Assembly (NCBI GenBank): GCA_017993235.1
Contig: JAGONC010000002.1
Coordinates: 44,683 to 108,682, forward strand
Source: Lentimicrobiaceae bacterium
GTDB taxonomy: Bacteria > Bacteroidota > Bacteroidia > Bacteroidales > JAGONC01
Length of the DNA stretch: 64,000 nt
Direction of reading: 5' to 3'
Under the pieces are notes generated by a model that saw nothing but the letters and a program-made list of their open reading frames with translations, was not told where the DNA came from and ran no database searches. Position 1 is the stretch's first letter. Every line of letters begins with the position of its first letter. The translations under genes and the position numbers were made by a program. Below are positions 46,045 to 54,068 of the stretch, in pieces.

Positions 46045-47751
46045 ATGAAAGCGGGGTATGATGACAGAAGAACGGTTCCGGACCTGTTGATCAAGGTAGT
46101 GGAGGTCTATCCGCATAAAGGGATTGGATTTGTTCAGGCAGATGGACGGATAAAATTCATGACGTATCAGGAGCTCTTATCCCGGGCTTCAGCATTATTA
46201 GGAAACCTGCAGGCCAGCGGTCTGGCCCCCGGTGATAAGGTGATGATCGTAATGATCAGGAATGTAGAAATCGTTTCTGTGCTCTGGGCTTGTTTTTTGG
46301 GTGGATTTATTCCCACGATACTTCAGCCCCCCTTGTCGTTCACGGAATTCAATCAACCTGCACAAAAAATTGACAATGTATTCCGGACTTTGCAAAATCC
46401 AAAGATAATCCTCTCGGCAGATCTGTATGGCAGTTTTCAGTCGGATGTCATCCCCGCGGCAAGCCTGATCAATGCAGAAGAATTAAAGAATCAAACGGAG
46501 GAATTTGTTTGGACCAAACCAAAGGAATCAGATATTGCTTTCATTCAGTTTTCCTCGGGAAGTACAGGGGATCCAAAAGGGATCATCCTGACGCATAAGA
46601 ACATCCTGACCAATATCGCTGCGATTGGTGCCGGCCTTGACTTCCATAATACTGATGTGTTCACCAACTGGATGCCGCTGTACCATGATATGGGGCTGTT
46701 TGGGTACCACATTTGTCCTATTTTTTCATTGAGTAATCAGTATCTCATTGATCCTGTAGATTTTGTAAAAAAACCAAGCCTATGGCTGGATGTCATGGAT
46801 GAAGTACGATGTACCATTACCGGATGCCCAAATTTCGGTCAGGCGCTGCTTTTAAGGTACTTAAAAAACAGGGAAGTCAATCCATGGGATCTTTCTTCTA
46901 TAAAAGGAATAGTAAATGGTGCAGAACCCATTTCCCCCAGAATAATGAATGGGTTCCTGGATAGTTTATCCGGGTACGGATTAAGAAAAGAATCTATGAT
47001 GCCGGCCTATGGAATGGCTGAAGCGACTCTGGCCATCACTTTCTCTGAATTATTGAAGGCACCTGTCATAACAACATTCAACCGAACCCTACTTCAGAAG
47101 GAGGGTAAAGCTGTTCTGGAAAAAGAGGATACGCATGACATGATCGAACTGGTGAGTGTCGGAAAACCGCTCAATGATATTGAGATGAGAATCGTCAGCG
47201 AAAGAGGGCATCCACTGGGAGAGGGTTTTGAAGGGCATATCCAGATACGGGGTTCGGGAATTACTTCAGGATACTATAATAATCCTGCAGAAACCAGGAA
47301 TTCGTTCAGCAATACCTTTTTAAAAACCGGAGATAAAGGTTTTATTTTCGATGATAATCTTTATATCACAGGAAGGATCAAAGATATCATTTTTGTCCGT
47401 GGGAAGAATTTATATGCCCATGATCTTGAAAATCTGGCCATTAAACATTCCGACATTCCTTATGGCAAAGTGATCATTGCAGGTTTATTTGATCCCAAAA
47501 AAGGGCAGGACCAGATCCTGCTGTTCCTGGTAGGTTCACCCAACAAGTCAACCTGCAATACATTCCTCAGTCTTCACCAGTTTTTCAGGGACACGTATGG
47601 AGTGACCATCAATATTTTTATTCCGATACGTTCCAACCAGGTGCCCAAGACCAGCAGCGGTAAAATTCAGCGTCATAAGCTGGTTGCCAGTTATCAGAAC
47701 GGGGAGTTTGACGGAGCGATCGCGGAGATGGCGAAGCTGATGAAGGGATAA
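46045..47751 (+). CDS. Fatty acyl-AMP ligase (FAAL-type adenylating enzyme)
   Basis: The motifs are FIQFSSGSTGDPKGIILTHKNILTN, WMPLYHDMGLFGY (FAAL-typical), YGMAEATLA, TGDKGF..LYITGRIKDIIFVRGKN and TSSGKIQRHKL. Confidence 0.85.
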   Translation: MKAGYDDRRTVPDLLIKVVEVYPHKGIGFVQADGRIKFMTYQELLSRASALLGNLQASGLAPGDKVMIVMIRNVEIVSVLWACFLGGFIPTILQPPLSFTEFNQPAQKIDNVFRTLQNPKIILSADLYGSFQSDVIPAASLINAEELKNQTEEFVWTKPKESDIAFIQFSSGSTGDPKGIILTHKNILTNIAAIGAGLDFHNTDVFTNWMPLYHDMGLFGYHICPIFSLSNQYLIDPVDFVKKPSLWLDVMDEVRCTITGCPNFGQALLLRYLKNREVNPWDLSSIKGIVNGAEPISPRIMNGFLDSLSGYGLRKESMMPAYGMAEATLAITFSELLKAPVITTFNRTLLQKEGKAVLEKEDTHDMIELVSVGKPLNDIEMRIVSERGHPLGEGFEGHIQIRGSGITSGYYNNPAETRNSFSNTFLKTGDKGFIFDDNLYITGRIKDIIFVRGKNLYAHDLENLAIKHSDIPYGKVIIAGLFDPKKGQDQILLFLVGSPNKSTCNTFLSLHQFFRDTYGVTINIFIPIRSNQVPKTSSGKIQRHKLVASYQNGEFDGAIAEMAKLMKG

Positions 47752-47853
47752 TACCCACCCCCTCAATCCCCCTCCCTTCGGGAAGGGAGGGGGAAGCTCA
47801 CTTTCCCCTTCTCCCCCTCCCTGCAAGCAGGGAGGGGGCCGGGGGGTGGGTAT
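47751..47853 (+). other. GC-rich nested-hairpin element (outer stem enclosing two near-identical hairpins)
   Basis: The outer stem pairs ATACCCACCCCC (47751-47762) with GGGGGTGGGTAT (47842-47853). Hairpin 1 spans 47767-47794 (12-bp stem, TCCCCCTCCCTT / AAGGGAGGGGGA). Hairpin 2 spans 47813-47838 (11-bp stem, CCCCCTCCCTG / CAGGGAGGGGG). Confidence 0.8.
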
Positions 47854-47921
47854 AAGAAACGATTCTAGCTGGGAGAAGACCGGGGAGTGGGTAAAATTTC
47901 TATTTTATTGCAAAAATATCC

Positions 47922-47929
47922 TACCTTTG
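47922..47929 (+). promoter_or_regulatory. Bacteroidota -7 box TACCTTTG upstream of the carrier-protein gene
   Basis: This is an exact TAnnTTTG match 19 nt before the ATG at 47949. Confidence 0.4.
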
Positions 47930-47948
47930 CATCCTCAAAATTACTGTT

Positions 47949-48182
47949 ATGACCATCGAGGAATTTATCGAGAAAATTGAAGTTGAATTCGAGGACCTGG
48001 AACCCGGTAAATTAAAGCCCGCCAGCAATTTCCGCGAAGTATTCGAATGGAACTCCATCAACGCCCTGATCCTGATTGCGCTGGTCAAGACAGACTACGA
48101 TGTGGTGATCAATGCGGAAGATATCGCGCGATCGAAAACCGTAAATGATCTCTATACGATCATCGAACAAAGGATTACTTAA
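47949..48182 (+). CDS. Stand-alone acyl/peptidyl carrier protein (77 aa)
   Basis: This is a four-helix-sized acidic protein. The candidate phosphopantetheine site is FEWNSINALILIALV (Ser in the D/N-S-I/L context), followed by TVNDLYTIIE. Confidence 0.8.
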   Translation: MTIEEFIEKIEVEFEDLEPGKLKPASNFREVFEWNSINALILIALVKTDYDVVINAEDIARSKTVNDLYTIIEQRIT

Positions 48183-48183
48183 T

Positions 48184-48312
48184 AAATCCAAAATTCCAAA
48201 ATCCAAATTCCAGACAAATTCCAACCATCAAATTCCAAGCCTCCTCCGAAATGAGCTTTGGGATTTGGGTATTGTAATTTATTTGGAATTTGGATCTTGG
48301 GATTTAGGATTT
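48184..48312. repeat. ~130-bp imperfect palindrome built from AATTCCA/AAATCCA words; likely bidirectional terminator
   Basis: The left arm AAATCCAAAATTCCAAAATCCAAATTCCAGACAAATTCCAACC.. (48184-48240) faces the right arm ..TTTGGAATTTGGATCTTGGGATTTAGGATTT (48256-48312). It fills the gap between two convergent genes exactly. Confidence 0.8.
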
Positions 48313-50347
48313 AATGAATGAGTTTGCTGGCTCTATCAGCCAGTTCGAGTATAGTTATTTTCTCGAAAAAAAGATACGGTGGGAAATTGATCCCGAATTG
48401 CTGTAGAAAAGCATTCTGTAGCTGAACAGCCTTCATGGAATTCAAACCGTAAACCGTAAGCGGCTTGTCTGGATCAATTTGCTCAAACGGTACTTTCAGC
48501 TGACCGTGGATCCAAGCCAGTAACCAGGACTGTATAGAAACAATTTCATCTGATGGCACAGATATTTTCCCGGTCTGTTGTGATTCATCCAGCTTCGATT
48601 CACCAACCACGTCCAGCGTATGATTGAGAAAAGCTGCCTTGCAGGCTCGGCGCTGTATCTTGCCGCTGGAGGTCTTGAGGATGCTGGCGGTGCGGAGCAA
48701 CTGAACGGCATACACCTCCTGTTCCAGTTCCTCCCCCACCTGCTGGCGGATGGCATCACAGACCTCTGCGACATCCAGATCCCGGATGGAGGTCCGCTCT
48801 ACCTCTACCACAATCACGAGTCTCTCTTCTCCGTCAAGATCAACGGAAAAAGCTGCGCTTGCGTTGGGCCGCAGCGCAGGGTGACTGTTCTCGGCAAGAT
48901 ATTCAATATCCTGCGGATAGTAATTCCTACCCCTTAAGATGATCAGATCCTTCAACCTTCCCGTAACGTACAACTCACCTTCGTAAATGAAACCTAGATC
49001 GCCTGTCCGGAGGAAAGGACCCTCACCGGTGTCGGCTGTAAAGGCATGAAAGGTTCCGGCTGTCTCTTCTGATTTATTCCAGTATCCCTGAGCGACAATG
49101 GAACCAGATACCCATATCTCACCGATCTCATCCTCCCGGCAACAATGGAGTGACTCAGGATTGACAATGAGCATCCTTGTATCGATCCATGGCTTCCCGA
49201 CAGAAACCTGACAAGCAGCCCTGACATCCTTCTCCCCCCTGATGACAACCCTGTGCTTCTCCAGAGCATCCTTGTCAACATAAAGGTAGACAGGCTTTTC
49301 GGATACTCTGCCACCAGAAAGGATCAATGTTGCTTCTGCCATTCCATAGGTGGGATGAAATTTTTCAGGGAGGAATCCGTAAGGTTTGAAACGTTCCGTA
49401 AAACATTCAAGCGTGTCTTTCCGTACTGTTTCGGCCCCATTGTACAGGGTCCTCAGCGCAATGAGATCAAGTCCCTGGCAATCCTCATCCGTCGTTTTGG
49501 TAGCACAAAGATCGTAGGCGAAATTGGGAGCGCCCCCGAGAGCTGCTCCATACCGGGAGATAGCCCATAACCATCTGACCGGCTTTTGAATGAATAAAAC
49601 CGGTGGCATTAAAATACCTGTATAACCCGCATAGATCGCTTCAATAACCCCAAAAATAAGGCCCATGTCGTGATACACTGGCAACCAGTGGACACTTCTT
49701 GTATCCGGGGTCAGTTCATAGCATTGGCGCAGAAACTCCAGGTTCCGCATCAGGTTTCGGTGACTGACCATGACACCTTTTGGGCTTGCTGTCGAACCTG
49801 AGGTATACTGCAGAAAAGCCAGATCATCCGGTCTGATTTTATAGCCGAAATCATTACCCGTAAATGATTCCCGGTCAACAGATACCCAGAGCAGTGATCG
49901 CAGTTCTTGAACATCCCTGAAGTTCTTCTCAAACGATTCACGTATCTCATTGATCGTAAGGCATAGCTGGGGATTGCAATCATTGACGATGGATATGATC
50001 CGGCTGAAGGAACGATTTTTTCGGGGAGGATAGGCAGGAACAGCGTAAATACCCGCATAAAAACAGGCGAACAGGGTCTTGACAAACTCCAGCCCCGGAG
50101 GAAAAAGCAGCAGGGCTCTTTCCCCTGATTGAATTCCAAGGCTCCTGATGACATGAGTGATCTCCCATGCCTGATCGTAAAGCTGTTTATAGGTAATCCT
50201 TTCTTCATCAGATTCACCGTCCTTTAAAAAAATAAACGCGGCTTTATCCGGTGTGTTCTCCGCTCTCAGCTTCAGAATATCACATAGGGTAAAGCCATAC
50301 GTATCCTCTTCCGTGATCGTACCCAACAAAAAATTTTTCAGTCCCAT
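48311..50347 (-). CDS. FAAL-type adenylating enzyme fused to a C-terminal carrier (PP-binding) domain
   Basis: The motifs are AFLQYTSGSTASPKGVMVSHRNLMRN, WLPVYHDMGLIFG, YGMAEATL, TGDLGF..LYVTGRLKDLIILRGRNYYPQDIE and TSSGKIQRRACK. The carrier domain reads VYGLNSMKAVQLQN. I call the start at MGLKNF (ATG at 50345-50347), not at 50500. Confidence 0.85.
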   Translation of the reverse strand: MGLKNFLLGTITEEDTYGFTLCDILKLRAENTPDKAAFIFLKDGESDEERITYKQLYDQAWEITHVIRSLGIQSGERALLLFPPGLEFVKTLFACFYAGIYAVPAYPPRKNRSFSRIISIVNDCNPQLCLTINEIRESFEKNFRDVQELRSLLWVSVDRESFTGNDFGYKIRPDDLAFLQYTSGSTASPKGVMVSHRNLMRNLEFLRQCYELTPDTRSVHWLPVYHDMGLIFGVIEAIYAGYTGILMPPVLFIQKPVRWLWAISRYGAALGGAPNFAYDLCATKTTDEDCQGLDLIALRTLYNGAETVRKDTLECFTERFKPYGFLPEKFHPTYGMAEATLILSGGRVSEKPVYLYVDKDALEKHRVVIRGEKDVRAACQVSVGKPWIDTRMLIVNPESLHCCREDEIGEIWVSGSIVAQGYWNKSEETAGTFHAFTADTGEGPFLRTGDLGFIYEGELYVTGRLKDLIILRGRNYYPQDIEYLAENSHPALRPNASAAFSVDLDGEERLVIVVEVERTSIRDLDVAEVCDAIRQQVGEELEQEVYAVQLLRTASILKTSSGKIQRRACKAAFLNHTLDVVGESKLDESQQTGKISVPSDEIVSIQSWLLAWIHGQLKVPFEQIDPDKPLTVYGLNSMKAVQLQNAFLQQFGINFPPYLFFEKITILELADRASKLIH

Positions 50348-50373
50348 GATATTGCTCCCTGATTTGACCGGTG

Positions 50374-50381
50374 CAAAATTA
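50374..50381 (-). promoter_or_regulatory. Bacteroidota -7 box TAATTTTG for the FAAL-carrier gene
   Basis: This is an exact TAnnTTTG match on the minus strand, 26 nt upstream of the ATG at 50347. Confidence 0.45.
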
Positions 50382-50412
50382 GGAAATCCTCTGCTGGGAT
50401 GGGAAAAAGGAT

Positions 50413-50420
50413 TAAATTTG
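50413..50420 (+). promoter_or_regulatory. Bacteroidota -7 box TAAATTTG for the KAS III gene
   Basis: This is an exact TAnnTTTG match only 6 nt upstream of the ATG at 50427. Confidence 0.4.
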
Positions 50421-50426
50421 CACATC

Positions 50427-51515
50427 ATGTCCCTCTTCACCATCCCCAACATCCGCATCGCTGGCATGGCAGCAGCTGTTCCGGCAAAAGAGGTTTCCAA
50501 CCTTGATTACCGTTGGATCTCCGTCAAAGAGCGAAATCAGGTCATCAGGACGATTGGAGTGGAAAAACGCCGGATCGCCGAAAAAGGTCAAACAACGGGC
50601 GATCTGTGTTTTGCGGCTGCCGACAGGCTTCTGAATGATCTGCAATGGAACCGGAACGATATCCAGGTAATCGTTTTTGTTTCCCAGTCAATGGATTATA
50701 TTATCCCTGCCACCGCCCCCATTTTGCAGGATCGCCTATCCTTACCCAAAACGTGCATGGCATTCGATATTAACCTGGGATGTTCGGGATTTGTATACGG
50801 ACTGTCGGTCATCGGCAGCCTGATGAGCCAGGCCGGTTTCCAGAAAGCACTATTGCTGGCGGGAGATCTTTCCAATGTTACTTCCTCCTACCGGGATAAA
50901 AGCACGTATCCCCTGTTCGGGGATGCCGGTACGGCCACTGCACTGGAATTTGACCGGAACGCGGTTCCCATGACGTTTAACCTCCAGACCGATGGTTCAG
51001 GCTATCAAGCTATTATGATTCAGGATGGGGGAGTGCGTAACTGGGTAAGCAAAAAATCATTCAACTACCATAAATACGGGAAAGGCATATACAGGAATAA
51101 CCTTCAGATCGCGTTGAATGGGATCGAAGTGTTCAACTTTTCCCTTAGGGAAGTAGTCCCTAATATCAAAGCCACACTCGAATACGCAGGGAAAACACTG
51201 AATGATTTTGATTACCTGGTCTTCCACCAGGCTAACCGGCTGATCAATGAGACGATACGAAAAATGCTGAAAGCAGATAAAGAGAAGGTTCCCTATTCCA
51301 TCCATAAGTATGGAAATACCAGCAGCGCATCCGTACCCCTGACCATCGTTTCCGAATTACAGGATAAGATCCGGAAAGAACATGTCCGTTTCCTGCTATC
51401 AGCATTCGGAATCGGATTATCCTGGGGCACGGTGTTGCTGGAGACGGATGGGGTGGTGTGCCCGGGGGTACTGCAAGTCAGCAGTCAGCAGTCAACAGTC
51501 AGCAGTCAACAGTAA
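50427..51515 (+). CDS. 3-oxoacyl-ACP synthase III (FabH-like thiolase fold)
   Basis: The Cys-His-Asn triad contexts are NLGCSGFVYGL, VFHQANRLINE and KYGNTSSASVPL. I call the start at MSLFTIPN. The last 13 codons (QVSSQQSTVSSQQ) are encoded by the GTCAGCA heptamer array. Confidence 0.85.
   Translation: MSLFTIPNIRIAGMAAAVPAKEVSNLDYRWISVKERNQVIRTIGVEKRRIAEKGQTTGDLCFAAADRLLNDLQWNRNDIQVIVFVSQSMDYIIPATAPILQDRLSLPKTCMAFDINLGCSGFVYGLSVIGSLMSQAGFQKALLLAGDLSNVTSSYRDKSTYPLFGDAGTATALEFDRNAVPMTFNLQTDGSGYQAIMIQDGGVRNWVSKKSFNYHKYGKGIYRNNLQIALNGIEVFNFSLREVVPNIKATLEYAGKTLNDFDYLVFHQANRLINETIRKMLKADKEKVPYSIHKYGNTSSASVPLTIVSELQDKIRKEHVRFLLSAFGIGLSWGTVLLETDGVVCPGVLQVSSQQSTVSSQQ
51477..51511 (+). repeat. Heptamer array of the GTCAGCA/GTCAACA family (x5) inside the 3' end of the KAS III ORF
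   Basis: The array reads GTCAGCA GTCAGCA GTCAACA GTCAGCA GTCAACA and is followed by GTAATGA containing the stop. Confidence 0.9.
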
Positions 51516-51528
51516 TGACAACTAATAA

Positions 51529-51624
51529 CCATGAATGACGCGAGGCGCGAAGCGCCGAGCAAATAACCACGAATCACCATGAATGACGCGAGGCGCGAAG
51601 CGCCGAGCAAATAACCACGAATTA
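51529..51624 (+). repeat. Tandem duplication of a 48-bp cassette (47/48 identical)
   Basis: CCATGAATGACGCGAGGCGCGAAGCGCCGAGCAAATAACCACGAAT(C/T)A occurs twice. Each copy holds the hairpin GCGA-GGCGC-GAA-GCGCC-GAGC (51540-51560 and 51588-51608). Confidence 0.95.
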
Positions 51625-51630
51625 CCCCAC

Positions 51631-52365
51631 ATGAACGCTTTCGACCTCACCGGAAAACGAATCCTTGTCACAGGCGCATCCTCAGGCCTTGGACGGCAAT
51701 GTGCCATCACGGCCAGCCAGTACGGGGCAACCGTCATCATTACCGGCCGTAACCAGGGAAGACTGCTGGAGACCTTTGGCCGACTTTCCGGTACAGATCA
51801 CCAGTGGTTGCTGGCAGATCTCACGAATGAAACAGAGATTGCTCAACTAACCGATCATGTTCAACCGGTCAATGGGGTTGTCTACAGCGTCGGGATATCC
51901 GATCTGTCACCCGCACGGTTCATTACCGCAGCAGATATTACTAAAACCTTCAATGTTAGTTATAATGCTTCCGTACTGCTGACCAGTAACCTTCTGAAAC
52001 AGAAAAAACTTGTGCAAAAAGCCTGTTCTCTCGTTTTTATCTCCACGATATCCACAAGATACCCCTTTGTGGGTGGTGCCATGTACATCAGCGCAAAGGC
52101 AGCATTGGAGGCCTATGCCCGCGTTCTGGCTCTTGAACTGGCAGCAAAGGGGATCAGGTCCAACAGCATCTGCCCGGCGTTTGTCAAAACACCCATGCTG
52201 GAAAGTACAGCTGAAAATTATTCCCAGGAGGCCGTAAAAAAAATTGAAGAAAGACAACCCCTGGGACTGGGCGAACCCGAAGATGTGGCCAATGCGGTGG
52301 TTTTTTTCCTCTCAGATGCTTCACGCTGGATCACAGCAACCAACCTCATCCTCGGAGGCGGATGA
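51631..52365 (+). CDS. Short-chain dehydrogenase/reductase (3-oxoacyl-ACP reductase-like)
   Basis: ILVTGASSGLGR (TGxxxGxG) and YISAKAALE (YxxxK) are present. I call the start at MNAFDLTGKRILV, because the upstream 48 nt of the track ORF lie in the repeat cassette. Confidence 0.9.
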   Translation: MNAFDLTGKRILVTGASSGLGRQCAITASQYGATVIITGRNQGRLLETFGRLSGTDHQWLLADLTNETEIAQLTDHVQPVNGVVYSVGISDLSPARFITAADITKTFNVSYNASVLLTSNLLKQKKLVQKACSLVFISTISTRYPFVGGAMYISAKAALEAYARVLALELAAKGIRSNSICPAFVKTPMLESTAENYSQEAVKKIEERQPLGLGEPEDVANAVVFFLSDASRWITATNLILGGG

Positions 52366-52389
52366 AAGATATCCGATACACGGTTAACC

Positions 52390-52448
52390 GATATTTGATT
52401 TTTGATTTATTTTTGATTTTTGGTTTTTGGTTTTTGATATTTGATATT
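52390..52448 (+). repeat. T-rich heptamer-phased tract of the GATTTTT/TTGGTTT/GATATTT family
   Basis: G residues fall at 52397, 52404, 52415, 52422, 52429, 52436 and 52443, giving spacings of 7, 11, 7, 7, 7 and 7. The tract lies between the SDR stop and the GT2 start. Confidence 0.8.
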
Positions 52449-52453
52449 AAGAA

Positions 52454-53377
52454 ATGAGTTCTCCGGATTATTCTGTGATCATACCGGTCTTTAACAGCGA
52501 AGACACCCTTCAGGAACTGTTCGACAGGTTGAAGTCCGTTTTTGATGAAAACAATGCAACTTTTGAGGTGATCTTCGTCGACGATGGTTCACCGGACAAC
52601 AGCTGGGATGTTTTAATCCGTCTGAAAAATGACCATCCTGATGTCGTCACGGCCATCCGGCTGGCCAGAAATTCAGGCCAGCACAATGCCACCTTTTGCG
52701 GGATGGTAAGGGCAAAAGGGAACTTCATGATCACCATCGACGACGACCTGCAGATCCCTCCCGAGGAAATAACAGCACTGATCCGGAAATACGCCGATGC
52801 CCCATGCGATATTGTATACGGTGTCTATCCGGATAAAAGGCACAATACCCTGCGGAATATTTCCAGTAGCTCTTTCCGCCTGTCTTCCCGAATGTTTCAT
52901 GACGGACCCGGGAAAGGCTCCTCCTTCCGCCTGCTCACACGCGAGCTGACCGACCATATCATTCATCATTACCAGAGCTTTGTTTTCCTGGACGAACTGA
53001 TCAACTGGTATACGGCCGACATAGCCTACACAGATATCCAGCACCACCAGCGAAAGAATAAAAAATCGGGTTACTCCCCGCGTAAACTTGCCCGCTTTGT
53101 TTCCAACATCATCCTTTACTATTCCAATATACCCCTGAAGATGATGGTCTATACAGGACTGGTCTTCTCCGTTTTTTCGTTTTTCATTGGCATTCTCTAT
53201 ATCATCAAGAAAATCTTTTTTAATGTATCTGTCCCGGGGTACACTTCAACCATCGTGGTCATTGCCTTCTCAACGGGTATCATCGTGTTCAGCCTGGGGA
53301 TCATCGGCGAATACCTCAGCCGCATCTATTTCTCCCAGAGCCGAAAACCTCCGTATACGATAAAAAAGATACTGTAG
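52454..53377 (+). CDS. GT2 polyprenyl-phosphate glycosyltransferase (ArnC/GtrB-like)
   Basis: YSVIIPVFNSEDTL, VIFVDDGSPDNS and ITIDDDLQ are present. Two C-terminal transmembrane helices end in GIIGEYLSRIY, the architecture of ArnC/GtrB. Confidence 0.85.
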   Translation: MSSPDYSVIIPVFNSEDTLQELFDRLKSVFDENNATFEVIFVDDGSPDNSWDVLIRLKNDHPDVVTAIRLARNSGQHNATFCGMVRAKGNFMITIDDDLQIPPEEITALIRKYADAPCDIVYGVYPDKRHNTLRNISSSSFRLSSRMFHDGPGKGSSFRLLTRELTDHIIHHYQSFVFLDELINWYTADIAYTDIQHHQRKNKKSGYSPRKLARFVSNIILYYSNIPLKMMVYTGLVFSVFSFFIGILYIIKKIFFNVSVPGYTSTIVVIAFSTGIIVFSLGIIGEYLSRIYFSQSRKPPYTIKKIL

Positions 53378-53378
53378 G

Positions 53379-54068
53379 ATGGAGCTGGTAAAATATGGTA
53401 TAAAACTCCATCGCCTCAGGCAAGAAGATATTGAACTGGTCCGCAAATGGCGAAACTCCCCGCTGATCCGGCAGTATATGGAATTCAGGGATGAGATCAC
53501 CCCCGAAATGCAAAAGACCTGGTTCCATTCCATCAACAATACCGAAAACTATTATTTCATTATTGAATATCAGCAGAAAAAAATCGGACTGATCAACTCA
53601 AGCCATGTTGACTGGACCACCCGAAGCTCGGAAGGAGGTATTTTCCTCTGGGATGTGCAGTACTACGAAACCTTCGTGCCTGTCTGGGCCTCCCTCTGCC
53701 TGCTGGAAACATCCTATCATATCCTGGGAGCCGGTAATTCTGAAGTCAGGATCCTCAGGGATAATGAGCGGGCGCAAAAACTGGTCCTTAATCTTGGTTA
53801 TGAACTCCAGCCCGGACAGGAGGATCTTTATAATCAGCATTATATCCTAACCCCCGAACGTTTTTTCCGGCACTCCCGCCGGTTGATCAAAGCAGCTTCC
53901 CTGCTCACAGGGCAAAAAGAAGCAACACATACCCTCTTCTTTGACAGGGAAGATATCCTGTCAGGACTGGCGGATTTTATTGACGATAAAATTGATAGGA
54001 AAAGGGTTGCCGCTTTCACTGAATCCGTTGATAACCGATTCTATGAATTCATGATCAGAGAGGATTGA
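53379..54068 (+). CDS. GNAT N-acetyltransferase, PseH-like (amino-sugar N-acetylation)
   Basis: The N-terminus IKLHRLRQEDIELVRKWRNSPLIRQYM..TPEMQKTWFHSI..NYYFIIEYQQKKIGLIN follows the PseH/RimL-type pattern as I recall it. Confidence 0.65.
   Translation: MELVKYGIKLHRLRQEDIELVRKWRNSPLIRQYMEFRDEITPEMQKTWFHSINNTENYYFIIEYQQKKIGLINSSHVDWTTRSSEGGIFLWDVQYYETFVPVWASLCLLETSYHILGAGNSEVRILRDNERAQKLVLNLGYELQPGQEDLYNQHYILTPERFFRHSRRLIKAASLLTGQKEATHTLFFDREDILSGLADFIDDKIDRKRVAAFTESVDNRFYEFMIRED

Noticed and set aside
50253-50500. Overlapping 5' extensions of the FAAL-carrier ORF (to 50500) and the KAS III ORF (from 50253).
   Set aside because: The extensions overlap each other on opposite strands and lack homology-like sequence. 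Internal ATGs at 50347 and 50427 give canonical N-termini and leave a spacer with two -7 boxes.
51529-51624. The tandem 48-bp repeats and the heptamer arrays considered as a CRISPR array.
   Set aside because: There are only two directly abutting copies with no spacers. The heptamer units are far too short, and no cas genes lie in the window.
51522-51740. A 72-aa minus-strand ORF, and the MTRG.. N-terminal extensions of the SDR (51583) and serS (39790) ORFs.
   Set aside because: All arise from the 48-bp cassette: an internally duplicated peptide on the minus strand, and an identical ATGACGCGAGG start on the plus strand. The conserved protein N-termini begin at 51631 (MNAFDLTGKRILVTGASSG) and 39838 (MLELSFIRD).
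48311-52365. The AMP-ligase, FabH-like thiolase and SDR set read as an OleABCD-type olefin/beta-lactone pathway.
   Set aside because: No OleB alpha/beta-hydrolase is present. The AMP-ligases have FAAL motifs and dedicated carrier domains rather than OleC features, and the thiolase keeps the FabH Cys-His-Asn layout. The idea could only be revived by phylogeny.
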